From assembly GCA_963693365.1 (NCBI GenBank), contig CAVNZM010000018.1:2394728-2458727 (forward strand): DNA of 64,000 nt, written 5' to 3'. This stretch comes from Amoebidium appalachense (Eukaryota; Protista; Ichthyosporea). Position 1 is the first letter of the stretch; the number at the start of each line of letters is the position of its first letter. The notes below the pieces were generated by a model. It ran no database searches. It was not told where the DNA came from and saw only the letters and a program-made list of their open reading frames with translations. The translations under genes and the position numbers were made by a program. Positions 17,730 to 31,434 of this stretch are shown here, in pieces.

Positions 17730-18974
17730 CAGAGCGGGCAACAGAAACAACTCCTGCTGCTAGCACCCAAAATACAACACCCGCGACTAGTTCAAACACA
17801 CGGAAATACAAATTTTCTATCTCGAATTCTGAGGATTCCTCTGTGGTCATAAGAATCAGAAGAGCGAAAGAACGGGATGAAGTGAAAGAGGAAAAGGGGA
17901 GAGTCGAGAGGGAGATTGAAGAGAGGAGAAACCATGTTGCTACTAACGAGCATGTAAGAATGGGGGGTTTCGCGAAGGAAGTGAACGAGGGGCAAGAGCA
18001 AAATTCGGAGGGGGGTTTGAGAAAACTGACATTGACGCATCGACCCCGCTAGAAGACAAAATGGCGGAATGGGAAAAAAATCAGGAGCAGCGATTGGCGG
18101 GATGGGGAAAAAACCGGGAGCAGCAATTGGCGGAATGGGAAAAATATCGGGAGCAGCAATTGGTTGAATGGGAAAAATATCGGGAGCAGCAATTGATGGA
18201 ATGGGAAAAAAGTCGGGAGCAGCGATTGGCAGAATGGGAAAAAAACCGGGAGCAGCAATTGGCGGAATGGGAAAAAAAAATCGGGAGCAGCAATTGGCGG
18301 AGGAGCGAAGAATCCAGGAACAAGCGGCAAAGTTGGACAAAATAAATCAGGAGCAGTCGGAGAAATTGGGGAAACGCAAAAGGAGCAAATGGAAGAAGAG
18401 CGATTCGCAAAGGCGGAAAGAATCGAAGATTTAGAAGGGCAAGTGGTGGAATTTAGGAAAATTCAAGAAGAGAAATCGGAAGTGTTGAAAAAAATTCAGG
18501 GAGATTCTGAAGTTGGTGATGGGGGAAACAATTTCAGAAGAGCATGCTGGGGATTTGAAAAAAATGCAAGAGCAATTGGTGAAGGGGGAAAAAACACGTG
18601 AGCAGCAAGCTGGGGATTTGCAAAAATTCCAAGCAGAGCAGTGGGTAGAGTTGAGAAAAATCCAGGAGCAATTCACAAATTTGAAAAAACACCCAAGATG
18701 AACAATGGGGGCTGTGACGAAAATTCAAGCGCAAGCGGCATGCGCAAAATGGGCAAAGTTCCAAGAGGAGCAATTGGGGGATCTGAGAAAAATTCAAGGG
18801 AATTTGAGAAAATGGGAAAACACCCAAAAGTTACAGATGGAAACTATGAAGAGAGAGATTGAAAAATTGGAATGTTCGCTATACAACACACAATTTTTCA
18901 TTTACATGGCGACTTGTATTTTTGTGACATATGAGCTTTGGCCTGATAGGTGCACTGGAAAAATTTGTAAGTAA
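17730..18974 (+). CDS. coiled-coil protein with 11-aa tandem repeats and a C-terminal hydrophobic segment; apparent frameshifts at homopolymers; 5' exons unresolved
   Basis: Overlapping E/K/Q-rich ORFs switch frame at or near G/A runs. Repeats read LAEWEKNREQQ. The end reads MKREIEKLECSLYNTQFFIYMATCIFVTYELW...TAA. Confidence 0.55.
18061..18300 (+). repeat. 33-bp coding minisatellite, about 7 units
   Basis: Consensus TGGCGGAATGGGAAAAAAATCGGGAGCAGCAAT, with no spacers. Confidence 0.9.
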
Positions 18975-19656
18975 AAAGAGCTTGATATGATTCAAGGGAG
19001 GAGGGGGGGGGGGGGGGGGGGGGGATGCGCTGTTTATTAAAGACATGTAGGTGAGCTGTGATGAGTTGTCGGCACCAAGGCCAACCGTTGGCAGTGCTTC
19101 CACCCAACAAGATATACATGTACAAAAGTGTTACATTTACATCATACAGATTTTTATGTGGAGATATAACGTATCAGATAGACATCATATGTGGAGATAT
19201 AACTTTTTTTTCTTTAAAGGTGTATTCATTTTCTGGTGTCTATTGGAAATAGACTGTACAACTTTTGTTCACACTTGCGCGGTAGGGTGGGTGGTCGCTG
19301 TGTAATTTCTCTGCAAAGTTCTGTAAAACCGCACGGGGGAGAGGAGAGGGGGCAGGGGGGGGGGGGGGGGGGGGTTGAGGATTAAATGGTGGTGAGCTGT
19401 GTGGTGTGCCCGTGCTTGTGTGTGGGTGTTTTTTTTTTGTTTTGTTTTTTTTTGTTTTTTTCCCCTCCCCTTCCCCTTCTTTTTGTCGTTTTTTCGTTTT
19501 TTTTTCGTTTTCGAAAATTCCGTGTTGATGAATTTCGGAAATGTGATGTGCACAGCCGTTGCGATGTGTCATAGTGACGGTGATATATTCAAGTGTGGAG
19601 ATACACCCAGCGGTGTGTATATGGCCATTCCGGACAATTCAATGTCTTCAAAGCCG

Positions 19657-19700
<44 letters not shown>

Positions 19701-20591
19701 ACCCACCCACCCACCCAACTACCCACGGTTTAGGGCAACACATTAGGTGTGTGTATATGCATGAACGCATAAAAGACTTTTTTTGTCAATGTAACACCAC
19801 CTTAGCTCTTGGTGTTTTTAGCACAAAAGTTTCAAAGTTTCTCTCTCCCCAGGCTACCCCCCCCCCCCCCCCCCCCCCGCTCTCTACCACCACCCTTATA
19901 TAGGGATTCGAATCCAATGATTTTCAATCTCTTGTCATTCCGAGTTCAAGTTATTGATCAGGCGGGTGTACGTAGTGCCTGTAATTGAAGTATTACTTCC
20001 ACGGGATATTTTGCACCTGTTCGGACGGCAATATAATTTGCAATGGAAGAAAGTTTAGAAAACACCAGAAATTACTGATCTTACTCCCCTTCCCACCCTT
20101 CCCCCGGGCCCTCCCCTCTCCCACCGACGGGCCTCCTCCCCCCCGGGGGCTCCACAAATTGACAGTGATTGGAGCAGGGGTGGCATTTGGTTTGTCGTGC
20201 TATATTCCTACTTTTTTTATTATATTATAAAGGAAAACATTTTGGCGCGCAAAAAACTTCCGGTCCATTCTTATATTTGGCTAACCGTGCGACCGCGCGA
20301 AAAATAATTGGTCCATACATTTTTTTTCAATTTTGCGATATTCCTACTTTTTTATATTGTTTTCTATAGTATCTACAAGTCTAACATCTATGCATGCCGG
20401 GGGATGTTAGTCACTAATTTAAAGCCAGGCATTATCTGATCATCCCATTCTAGGCCATTTCCAAATTAAAGTTGTCACAGTGCAGCTTTAGCATATTTTA
20501 CGAACCAGCGAAAGCCGACTTGCAGCGCCACACCGTTGGGGGGAAGGGGGGAGGGGGGGAGGGGGGGGGGGGGTAGAATGAGTTACAGGGT

Positions 20592-20676
<85 letters not shown>

Positions 20677-20868
20677 GCAGTGAAATGGGATGTGCGTGTG
20701 TGTACCGTTATGGCACCCGCGCGTGTGTGCGCGTGTGCGCATGTGTGTGCTTGTACTGCAAGGCGTGTACGTGTGCATGTGTGGCGTGTGCATGTGCTTG
20801 TGATGCGTGTCACAGTGCCGTGTGTGTGTGCGTATGTGTGTATATGTGTGCGAGTGTGTGTGTGTGCT

Positions 20869-20960
<92 letters not shown>

Positions 20961-20987
20961 TGTGCGTGTCTAGTCTTTGTGCCTGTC

Positions 20988-21018
<31 letters not shown>

Positions 21019-21612
21019 CCGTATCTGCACGTGTGTATCTGCATGCCGTACGCGTCTATGGATATTGCTTCGGGGTGACATAAAAAACAAAAAGACAGGG
21101 AAGACAGGATGGGTGAAGAGGGTGGGCAGGGGGAGAGGGAGGGGGGCGGGGGGAGGGGAGGGGAGTAGGGGGGGGGGGGGTAGGTGGGGGAGTTTTTTTC
21201 TTTCTTTTTTTTTTTTTGGGGGGGGGGGGGGGGGAAGTGAGGGTCCAGGGGCACTAGGTACATTGCAATCAGTGTATGTTCCTTTATGAGGGCACGACTA
21301 GTAGCTCGAAGACGATAGATAACATAATAAAAATCCTGAAATAAATTCTGAAGAACCTGCACATGGGTGTAGCAACCCTACTACCACCATAAAGGACTCT
21401 GAAATGTGTTAATCATTTTAACAAGCTCGCTCCCAGATCTGAGATCTGAATAGGGTTGGGGGAGGGGGGAGGGGGGGGGGGGGAGGATGTTGGTGGTGGT
21501 GGTGATGGTTGGTGGCTGTGTGGGTTGGGCGGTGTATGTGTGTGTGGGGGGTGGGGGGGGGGGGGGGGGGGGAGGGGGAAGGGAGGGTAGGTGTATGTTT
21601 GTGTGTGTATGT

Positions 21613-21671
<59 letters not shown>

Positions 21672-22685
21672 ATCCAAGATCCGACAGCCTGTGAGTTTCT
21701 TGCCCGTCCTCTGGGCCGTGTCCCGAATTCGCTCATCCATACACATAATGGTTGCGTGCATTCGGACACGAGTGCGCAGAGTGCGTATGTGCGGAGTGAT
21801 ATTACTGCACTTATATAAATGTGAACACCCCTATATCATATCCGTGGAGGTTTGGGGAGATAGCAAACAAACCAATCAGATTCTCAAACAGATTTTGCGC
21901 CAATCATAGGTGACAAAAGTATTTGAATTTATTTCTTTATATGGTAGTCACGCGTCAGCTTTTTCGTGACGCCGATCCACGCGGCGGGCGCAAGAGTCTA
22001 GAAAAGTCTCCCACTCGGTCACACTTTTGCACTTCAAACAAGCCTTTTGCAAACAAAACATAACAACCCAACTAAGTGATCAAGTGTGGGAAAAGGAAAG
22101 AGGCAAAGCGCAAGGGGATAAGTAAAGGTGAGGAACGAGTGTGTTTAGGTGGTTCAGAAAGGTTTTGCATGGAGCTGTAAGGGGTGTGTGCCTGCCTGTT
22201 CAAGATCGTGTGCGTGCGAGTGTAGGTGTGGGAGTGGAGGTGCCATGGAGGATCTGGTGTTTTGTTAGAAGTGCTGGAAGTTAGAATGGCTATAAGTGCT
22301 TGCGCTTTTCACTCTCACACCGGGAAAATCCAATATTCTGTTCACTCAATAAAACCTTGTCTTGTGTCTTTTTGGTTGTTAGTGTTAATCTCACTGGCAG
22401 GGCTAGGGAACAAAACGTTATTATGCACCATTTGGTGGGATGATGGTGGGGTGAGGCTAGGTATATCGTTTTATTATAAGCACATGCACAGAAATGAGAT
22501 ATGTTTGGAAATAAGAATGCACATACTTAAAGTCGCTCCACATGGCAAAACATTTCATTGTACTGGGTCTGTTTCTCCTATAGCCACAAGGTTGTGTGTG
22601 TGTGTGGTACATGTGTTTCTTCATTTATGGCAGAAGTGTATTAATCACTTTTTTATGTTGCAGGGTACGACACCTGAGAGCGAAA

Positions 22686-23423
22686 ATGACCGACGGTTCC
22701 GCTGCTGACGGCACTACGGTGAGTGAATCCCAGAAGGTTGTCATCACAGACATGGGACGCACATGCACACACGAACTTGCAAACACATCACAACACAAAT
22801 AACCCCGATAACATAGACTTGAAGACATGTGTGCGGCATTTGCGATTACCAAAGAAAAAGATATGTGTGTCTTATGCTCTTAAAAAACGGGTATAAGCAA
22901 CAAGCCTGACATTATGACTGTTTTTGTAAACGCTCATGCATATAGATCTACCTGCACGATGCATGTTCCCAGGTAACATGACATGGTCATGGTCATGAAC
23001 CTGCACACAGTGCGAGACCGGCAGATATCTTTGTGGGAAGGATGGGGTATGCATGCAGTTGGACACACACAAAACAAAGCCATATGTTGTCCAAACCAGT
23101 GCATATAGTGTGGGAGTTGTTGAGGTTGGGGGAAAGAGCAAGGAAGGGACAGGACGACATGGGAGGAACGGAGGGAAGGGGTGGGTGGGGGGGGAGAGAG
23201 ACAGAGAGAGAAGGTGGGGGGAGGGGGGGGGGGGGGGGGAGAGAGAGACAGAGAAGGTGGGGGGAGGGGGGGGGGGGGGGTTCGTGGAAGGGGGAAGTAT
23301 AGACAAGGATATCGAAGGAAAGGGATAAAGTGAGGCCAAAAATAAGAAAACGAAGAAATCGGAATTAGTCACAGGCAAACCACCGAGCCTACTCACTATG
23401 CAGTTATCGAATCCCTTCCCCCG

Positions 23424-23454
<31 letters not shown>

Positions 23455-23478
23455 CGCTCGCTCTCTCTCTCAGTCTCC

Positions 23479-23513
<35 letters not shown>

Positions 23514-24016
23514 CCCCGCGCCCCCTCTCTCTCTCTTCTCTCTCTCTCTTCTCTCCCCCCCCCCCCCCCCCCTCTCCCCCCTCCCTCCCTCCCTTTTCCC
23601 TCTAACCTACTTTATATCCCTCCTTCTTGCGGACTGCTTTGTTCTGTTACAAATGAAAGTAAAATGCACTACACATACCCCTCCCCCCCTCCCCAGGAAG
23701 GAAAAAAAAACAAAAAAATAATAATCAAAAATACAATAAAAAACACTATATATGTATTCATTGCTGCATTCTTCACATGCTTTCCAGCTTTTCCTGATTT
23801 TCATTCACCCTACGGCTCCCTCCTTAGTACAGAGCATGTGTTTAAATTCATTTGTCGTCCTGTTTGAGTTGAAGGTTTTTTTCTCTACATGTGTTGCTTA
23901 CACCCCCCCCCCCCACCCCCGCCCCCCCCCCCCCCCCCCCCCCGGCGGTCTTTCCCTACCTCCTCCGTACATGGGTTCACACAGGGGCATAGAGCATACG
24001 TGTTTGCACGTCCGCG

Positions 24017-24077
<61 letters not shown>

Positions 24078-24833
24078 GCGGGACAAGGACCTTCTTGCCC
24101 TTCAGCAGGCCATGGCAAGAGCCACCCAGCTGCTGGAATCTTCCGAGGTACTACTTGCATACATTCCTTACTACTTGCATACATTCCTTACTACTTGCAT
24201 ACATTCCTTGCTTATTCTCTATCCCACTAGTGTATGTGCAATGCCAAGAGACGCAGGGGGAGAAAGGGGGGGGGGGGGGGGGGGGGGGGTAATTAGTAGG
24301 GGACATTGTTTTTTATTCATCTTTTTTTTTTGGGAAGGGGGGGTGAGGGGGGGGAAGGAGGTAGGCGGTGCGGCGGGGGGAGAGGAGGGTATGCGGTGTG
24401 GGAGGGGGGTTGGAGGTTAGAGAGGATGCTCGGGAGTCCTGGACGGGAGGTGGGAGAAGGAGGACATTTGGCCGATTATACAAAATGGACGTATATGGGG
24501 GGGGGGAGGGGGGGGTAATAAAGGTCAAAATGCAGGATTCTTTCTGCCTCTCTTCTTTCCCCCCCATCCACTCACCCACCCCACCCCCTCCTCCCCCGTT
24601 CAATGTTGACACTCTTAGCCTCCTCTATACACACACAACAACCAACTTCCTTGCTTGCTTTTCCGCCTCTGCTTGACTCCCCTTGAACCTATTGATAAAA
24701 ACAATCACCCTAGCCTCCCACAACATAACGCCCTGTCGTTTGATCCACACTAACCAACCCCCCCCCCCCAAAAAAAAAAAACAAAAACAAACAAACAAAC
24801 AAACAAACAAACAAACACACACACACGCGCACA

Positions 24834-24889
<56 letters not shown>

Positions 24890-25254
24890 CGCACCTCCCC
24901 CCCCCCCCCCCCCCCCCCCCCCGGCACAAACCATCAACATCCGCCCTGCCGACTTCCCTGGCATATGAATGACCCTTTATTGCCTACGACAATCGATTAC
25001 GCTACTCAGAAAGAGAAGACAGAGTAAGTTACCCCCGAGACACTGTGTCAGTCCACATGTCTGTGAAATGGAAGATCCGCATTGTTTACGAGGTGAATGG
25101 GCGAAACTCGGGTACTGTGGATGACTTGCCCCTCCCCCCCATCTCCCCTGGTGGATGGGCTCTGCTTATTATGCATTTTTTATGTGTGGTTTGCACTCTG
25201 TGTTGTGTTGTCCCTTGTGAAGGTGTACTTTATACTCTGTAACACTCTCTTACC

Positions 25255-25285
<31 letters not shown>

Positions 25286-25619
25286 AAAAAAAAAAAAGTA
25301 TGGATTGGGAACCACGCGCGAGAGGTTAAAGAGTCGAAACCCATGCTTTTGTGGAGACATAGGAACCCCCCTGATGATGGGCTCTGTTCAAGTGTCTTCT
25401 GCCTGCACGCTTCAATTATTCGATTTTTGGACTTCCCGCTTTTGTGACGTTTTGTTGATGCTCGTTGTTGTCTCCTCCATATTTCCAACCCTCTAACGCA
25501 TACATCAAACCCTGCCCCCCCCCCCACCCACCCAATCAACCACTCACTCACCCACCCATCCAATGATCAGATGCAAAAACCCAGATACACAAGACACAGA
25601 GACACACAAACACTTTCAT

Positions 25620-25652
<33 letters not shown>

Positions 25653-28600
25653 TACACACACACAACGACACACAAACATAAGTACCCTCACCCTCCTCCC
25701 CCCCCCCCCCCCCCCCCCCGTCCTCCCCGAAGTGGGCTCCGCCTATTTTGCATACTCTTTGTGTTGTTTGCCCCCTGCATTGTGTTGTCCGGTTTGAATG
25801 TGTATTACATACTTTATGACGCGTTCTACCCCCCCCCCCCCCCCCCCCTCGTATACGCGGGCTAAGGGGTCGAAACTCAGACGCAATTGATGACTTGGGT
25901 CCTCCCTGAGGATGGGCTCTGCTTATGACGCATACTGTGCGCATGGCTGATGTTGCATACTTGAATGTTTGCCTTTGCATGTGTCCTGCACCATGCTTCT
26001 CGTCGTGTATGCGTACTTCGTACCGTGTTCCGCATTCAAACCCCCCCCCCCCCCCCCCCCCGCGCACACACACACACGCATACACACATACACACACACA
26101 GGCTCAAGGCACACTACGAATCCGAAATCAGCGTCCTAAACGAAACCATCACCAAACTGAAAACCGAATCCGAGACGACCCACGCCGCAGCAATCCAAAC
26201 GAACAAAACAACGAACGAAGAAACAGAAAAAGTGAAATCCCGTTTGGAAGAGGAAACGAAAAAGAGAGAAGAGGCAGAAGGAAAATCGTCTCTGTTGGAA
26301 AAAGAAATCGAAATATGGAGGGGAAAAGTGTCGGATTTGGGAAGAGAGTTTGAAGAAGTCGGGAAGAAATTGGAAGAAGCGGGAGAGAAAGCGAAGGAGG
26401 CAGGGGAAAAAACGGAGCTTTTGAACGAACAGGTAAAAGTGGCAGAGGTGGAAAGGGGGAAACTGATCGTCGAAATCGAGGGAATGAAAATGAAAATGCA
26501 GGAATTGGAGAAAGAGAAAGGGGAAGAGGAGAAAAAGGCGAAAGAAAATGAAGAGGGATTGAAAAAGGAGGTGGGAAGTTTGAAGGAAAAAGTTGCAGAG
26601 TTGGAGAAACAAAAGAGGGAGATTGAAGAGAGGTTGAAATCCTCGGAGGAGGAAATGAAGAGAGAGAGGGAGAGGTTCGAGGGGGAGATGGAGGGGTGGA
26701 AAGTAAAGGGGGAGCAAATGGAAAAAGAAACGAAAAACATTATTGAGAGAATGGAATTGGCTGTCGCAAAGTCGAAAGAAACGGAAGAAATCCCCGCTAA
26801 ATTGACTGAACAGATAAAAGAATCGGAAAAACAAAAGGAAGAAGCTTTGGAAAAGGCGAGAGTTTTGGGGGAGGAAGTGAAAAAGTTTGAACAAGAGGTG
26901 GAAACGTGGAAGGTTAAAGCTGAAGATGTGCAAAAGGAAATGGAATCTATCGGGAAGAGAATGGAGGAAGCGGGGGAGAAAGCGAAAGAAGCGAATGAAA
27001 AAATGGTGTCTCTGGGAGAACAAATCAAGGTTTTGGAAGGGGAGAGGGAGAAAAATGTGATTGAGATTGAAGGGATGAAGGGGAAGATTGGAGAGTTGGA
27101 AAAGGGGAAAGAGGAGGCGGAAAAGAGAGCGAAAGAGGGGGAGGAAGAGGTGAAACGGGTGGAGAAGGAAGTCGAAATCTGGAAGGGAAAAGCCGGAAAT
27201 TTGGAGAAGGAGTTGGGTGAGGTGAAGGAACACACCGGTGAAGCGAGTGGGAAGATTGAAAAGTTGACAGAGCAGGTGAAAGCGCTCGAGCAGGAAAAAG
27301 AGAGGGTGTGTGCAGAAGTTGAAACGTGGAAAACGAAGGTGGGAGAGGTGGAGAAACAGAAGGGAGAGGCTGAAGAGAAAGTGAAATTATTGGAGGAGGG
27401 AACGGAAAAGATGATGGGTGAGATTGAAATGTGGAAAGGAAAAGCAGAAGCGGTCGAGATTGAAATGGGAAGGGTGCTTGCGCGTGTGGAGGAAGCGGGG
27501 GTGGAAGTGAAGGATATGGGTGAGAAGGTGGGGGTTTTGGAGGAGCATATGAAATCTGTGGAGGAAGGGAGGGAAAAAGCGATAAACGAAGTGGAAATTT
27601 GGAAGGGGAAAACGGTTGAAAAGGAGGGAGAGGTAAAGAGGCTTGGGGAGGAGGTGGGGGCGTTGAAAGCGAAGATAGGTGAGTTTGAAGGGAAGGTGAA
27701 AGAAGGCGAGAAGGAGAGAGAGAGATTAGTTTCTGAGGTTGAAACGTGGAAAGGGAAAGTCGTTTTGTTGGAGAGCGAAACTTCCTTTTTGACACAGAGA
27801 AACACCGAAGACGGAGAGAGGGCAAATGTGTTGAGCGAGCAGGTGAAAAACGCCGAAAAAGAATGCGAAAATTTGAGGGGGGAGGTGAAAATTGCAAATG
27901 AAAAGATTGCGGAACTTGAGAAAATTTTGGCGGACAAGGAAATTTTGGTGAGCGGGGGGGTTATGGCGGAAGCCGAAGTGGCAAAATTGCGAGCGCAGTT
28001 GGGAGAGGAAGAGAGAAAGGTGAAAGAAATAACCGAGAGAGAGGTGAAAATATCAGAGGATGTGAAAGAATGGAGGGAAAGGGCGGAAAAAGTCGAGGAG
28101 GAAATGCGGATTTTGGCCGGGAAAGTCGAGGAAAGTGGTGCCAAGGTGGTTGAGGCAGAGGAGAAAACACGGAAATTGGAATTGGAATTACGGGAATGGA
28201 GGAGGAAGGAGGAGGAGATGGAACAAAAGGTTGAAGGCTTCGAGGAAAGTGGGGCACAAGAGAGGGTTGATGGTTGGGAGGGAGAAAAGAACGAAGTGGA
28301 GAGGTTGAGGGAGGAGAACACCCGGCTGGAGATGCTGGTACGTGTGTGTGTGTCTGTGTCTGTGTACATGCCTGTGTGTGTGTACATGCCTGTGTGTGTG
28401 TGTACATGCCTGTGTGTGTGTCTGTGTGTGTACATGCCTGTGTGTGTGTGTGTCTGTGTGTGTACATGCCTGTGTGTGTGTGTGTCTGTGTGTGTACATG
28501 CCTGTGTGTGTGTGTGTCTGTGTGTGTACATGCCTGTGTGTGTGTGTGTCTGTGTGTGTACATGCCTGTGTGTGTGTGTGTCTGTGTGTGTACATGCCTG

Positions 28601-28930
28601 TGTGTGTGTGTGTGTCTGTGTGTGTACATGCCTGTGTGTGTGTGTGTCTGTGTGTGTACATGCCTGTGTGTGTACATGCCTGTGTGTGTGTGTGTGTGTC
28701 TGTGTGTGTACATGCCTGTGTGTGTGTGTGTCTGTGTGTGTACATGCCTGTGTGTGTGTGTGTCTGTGTGTGTACATGCCTGTGTGTGTACGAGTCTGTG
28801 TGAGTTCGTGCCTGTGTGTACGTGTCTCTCTGGCACAGTGTTCGGTCCTGTGTGTGTGCGTGTATGTGCATGTTGTTGCCTGCCTGTCTTAGACAATACG
28901 GGGGTGGCTGTGGGTGTGCATCCAGAAGAG

Positions 28931-28971
<41 letters not shown>

Positions 28972-29286
28972 CTGGGTGAGTGTTCGATGGGATTGTTGTG
29001 TGTTTTGGGGAAACAAGGTTGCATATTGTCGTTTTTTGGTGCGTTGGGTTTGGGGGGGGGGGGATCCTGGTTTTTCCTGCCTTTTTTTTTTTTTTTTGAG
29101 AGGAGTGGGGGAAGAGGGCTCATGCTGCAGGTTTGGTTTTTAATGGGTTTATATTATCATAAACTTAAACACGAACCCGGTTCACTGCACACATATTTTC
29201 TGGCTCTCCCTCTTCCGCATGTTATCATACTGTTGTGTGATTTTATTCCAGTTTCCTATGGCAAAATATGGTAAGCAAACAGGTAG

Positions 29287-29354
<68 letters not shown>

Positions 29355-29575
29355 TCAATAATTAACCCTTCACTCCGTACAGGTGAAGTCGGCAAAGGAA
29401 GCCCAAGCAACTGCCCCGAAGACACCCCCTTCGGGTATTCTCCCCCCCCCCCCTCCCCCCCTCCCCCCTGCATACTCTTGAATGAATGTGTGGTTTGCAC
29501 TCTGCATTGTGTTATCCGTTTTGGATGTGTACTTTTTACTCTGTAACACTTTCTCCTTCTACTCTCTCCTTCCCC

Positions 29576-29637
<62 letters not shown>

Positions 29638-29893
29638 CGCGGGGGGCATCCTCTGCTTGACGTACAGGAATCACGGTTTGTTCGATTTTTTTCTCCTTGC
29701 ATGGGGTTTAGATCGAGTTTGTGAGACAGTGTCGTGTCGGTGTCATTTCCTTTTATAGTGATTTCCACGCTCTAATGCTTGCATATCCCCACCCACCCCC
29801 TCCCCCCACCTACCTCCACCCTCACCCCCTCACGCGCTAACATACACACATTCACCTACACATCCTCTCTTAACTCTCTCTCCCCTCCCCCCC

Positions 29894-29930
<37 letters not shown>

Positions 29931-29945
29931 ACACACGCACAAACA

Positions 29946-30006
<61 letters not shown>

Positions 30007-30091
30007 CATGGGTATTGGCACTCTTGCACTGACAGTTGTCGGCACCGCCGCCGCCACCCTCCTGCTGGGTACAAGGCTGGCCCGTAGATGA
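22686..30091 (+). CDS. long coiled-coil protein (~830 aa) with a C-terminal tail anchor (golgin/tether-like)
   Basis: Phase-consistent exons: 22686-22718 ([11 protein letters not shown]); 24076-24147; 25010-25023 (14-nt microexon); 26102-28337 (E/K-rich heptads with recurrent E-x-W-K-G-K); 29383-29434; 30006-30091 ([28 protein letters not shown]). Confidence 0.8.
25085..26045 (+). mobile_element. cluster of four truncated structured-RNA-like repeat copies in one intron
   Basis: Copies at ~25085-25253, 25292-25505, 25725-25829 and 25851-26040. Each has GGGCTC(T/C)G plus a tail followed by a C run. 25851-26040 is nearly identical to 31520-31710. Confidence 0.75.
28340..28790. repeat. compound minisatellite GTACATGCCT(GT)nCT(GT)n at the intron 5' end
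   Basis: About 15 units, mostly ~30-36 bp. Confidence 0.9.
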
Positions 30092-31245
30092 CGTCATTGC
30101 TGAAAAGTGACGTCATCAACACGTTTTACTACCGGGTGTGAGGAGTACATTGGAATTTTCGGGTTCATAGTTAGCGGAGTCGGTTTCTTTCAGAAATTCA
30201 GCATATTTCATTTGTTTGTTCAAGTATTTATTTTGATACACCCTGGCCAATAACGTTTGTAGTCCCACTTTTTTCCTCCTTTTTTTCTTTTTTTTCTTTT
30301 CCTTTTTTTGTTTTCCCCTCTCTCTTCTCTCTTCAGTCTTAGGCTGACAACCCAAAGGGACCCACTTTTCTGCCTTCCGAATCTGATCTCGCAACACACA
30401 TGTGCTATACGGGGACTCTCATGAAGTGTTTTTCTCTCTTCAAGTTGTTGGTTTCATGTCATCCCATGTGTGATGGCGTTGTTAAGCTCACGTTGTTGCA
30501 TTTGGAACTCCTCTTGTGGATAACTCAGCGTAGTTTTTTCCTGTACTGATATGCTTGAACGGAAACATACTTGAAAATTCACAAACTGCGTTGGATTCAT
30601 ATCACTGCATGCACTTTTTTTTTTTTTTTTTTGGTTTTTTGTTTTACCCAACCAAACCCGTTATAGCCAGAATGCAAACTGGCCGTATGTGGTGGTCTAG
30701 CAGGCATGTAGTAGTTCGGTTGTTCTTTTGGCTCAAGTCTCTTGTTTTGTGGCATGATTCTTTTGAAAATTAAAAAAATTAATAATAGGGGGAACTCGAT
30801 TGGTTGTGCCTTCCGAAAACATGCAACTAAGACACATGCATGTTCTCGTTGTTTTCCTGCCCCCTTTTTTTTTTATATGAATCGAGCTGCTTACGGAACT
30901 TTACTCGGAATTTATCTTGTCACCGGCCGTGCAAATGCAAATTTCTGCCCCCCTCCCCCCCCCCTTTCCAAAAAAAAAAAAAAGAGAGAGAGAGAGAGGG
31001 AAAACTCGATCATCATCATACCGAGAACCGCGGCGCACACACTCCACTGACAGGCATGCACAACACACACACACATATACGTGGATTTACTTGCTGTTTT
31101 GGGGTTAGGGAGAGGCTGGCCTACACACTCGGGCCGGGGGCCGGGGGTGAGGCTCTTTCACGCTCTCGATCTCGCTCTCTCGCTCTCTCTAGATGTCTCT
31201 CTTTTTCTCAGACTCCCATTCTCCCTCTCTCTATAGGTGAGGGAG

Positions 31246-31309
<64 letters not shown>

Positions 31310-31434
31310 CCCCCCCCCCTTCCATGCAACCGGGCATGGTTGCTCTGTGTCGTGCATCTGTAAGCACATACACATTTTTCGCTGCACTGCATTAGTTTGC
31401 ACACACATCTTCACCGTTTTGCTCACCTTGCTTG

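Noticed and set aside
18061-18300. CRISPR-like 33-bp repeats
   Set aside because: Contiguous coding repeats with no spacers and no cas genes, in a eukaryotic context.
26114-28777. 887-aa minus-strand ORF
   Set aside because: Antisense shadow of the purine-rich coiled-coil exon, extended by a minisatellite.
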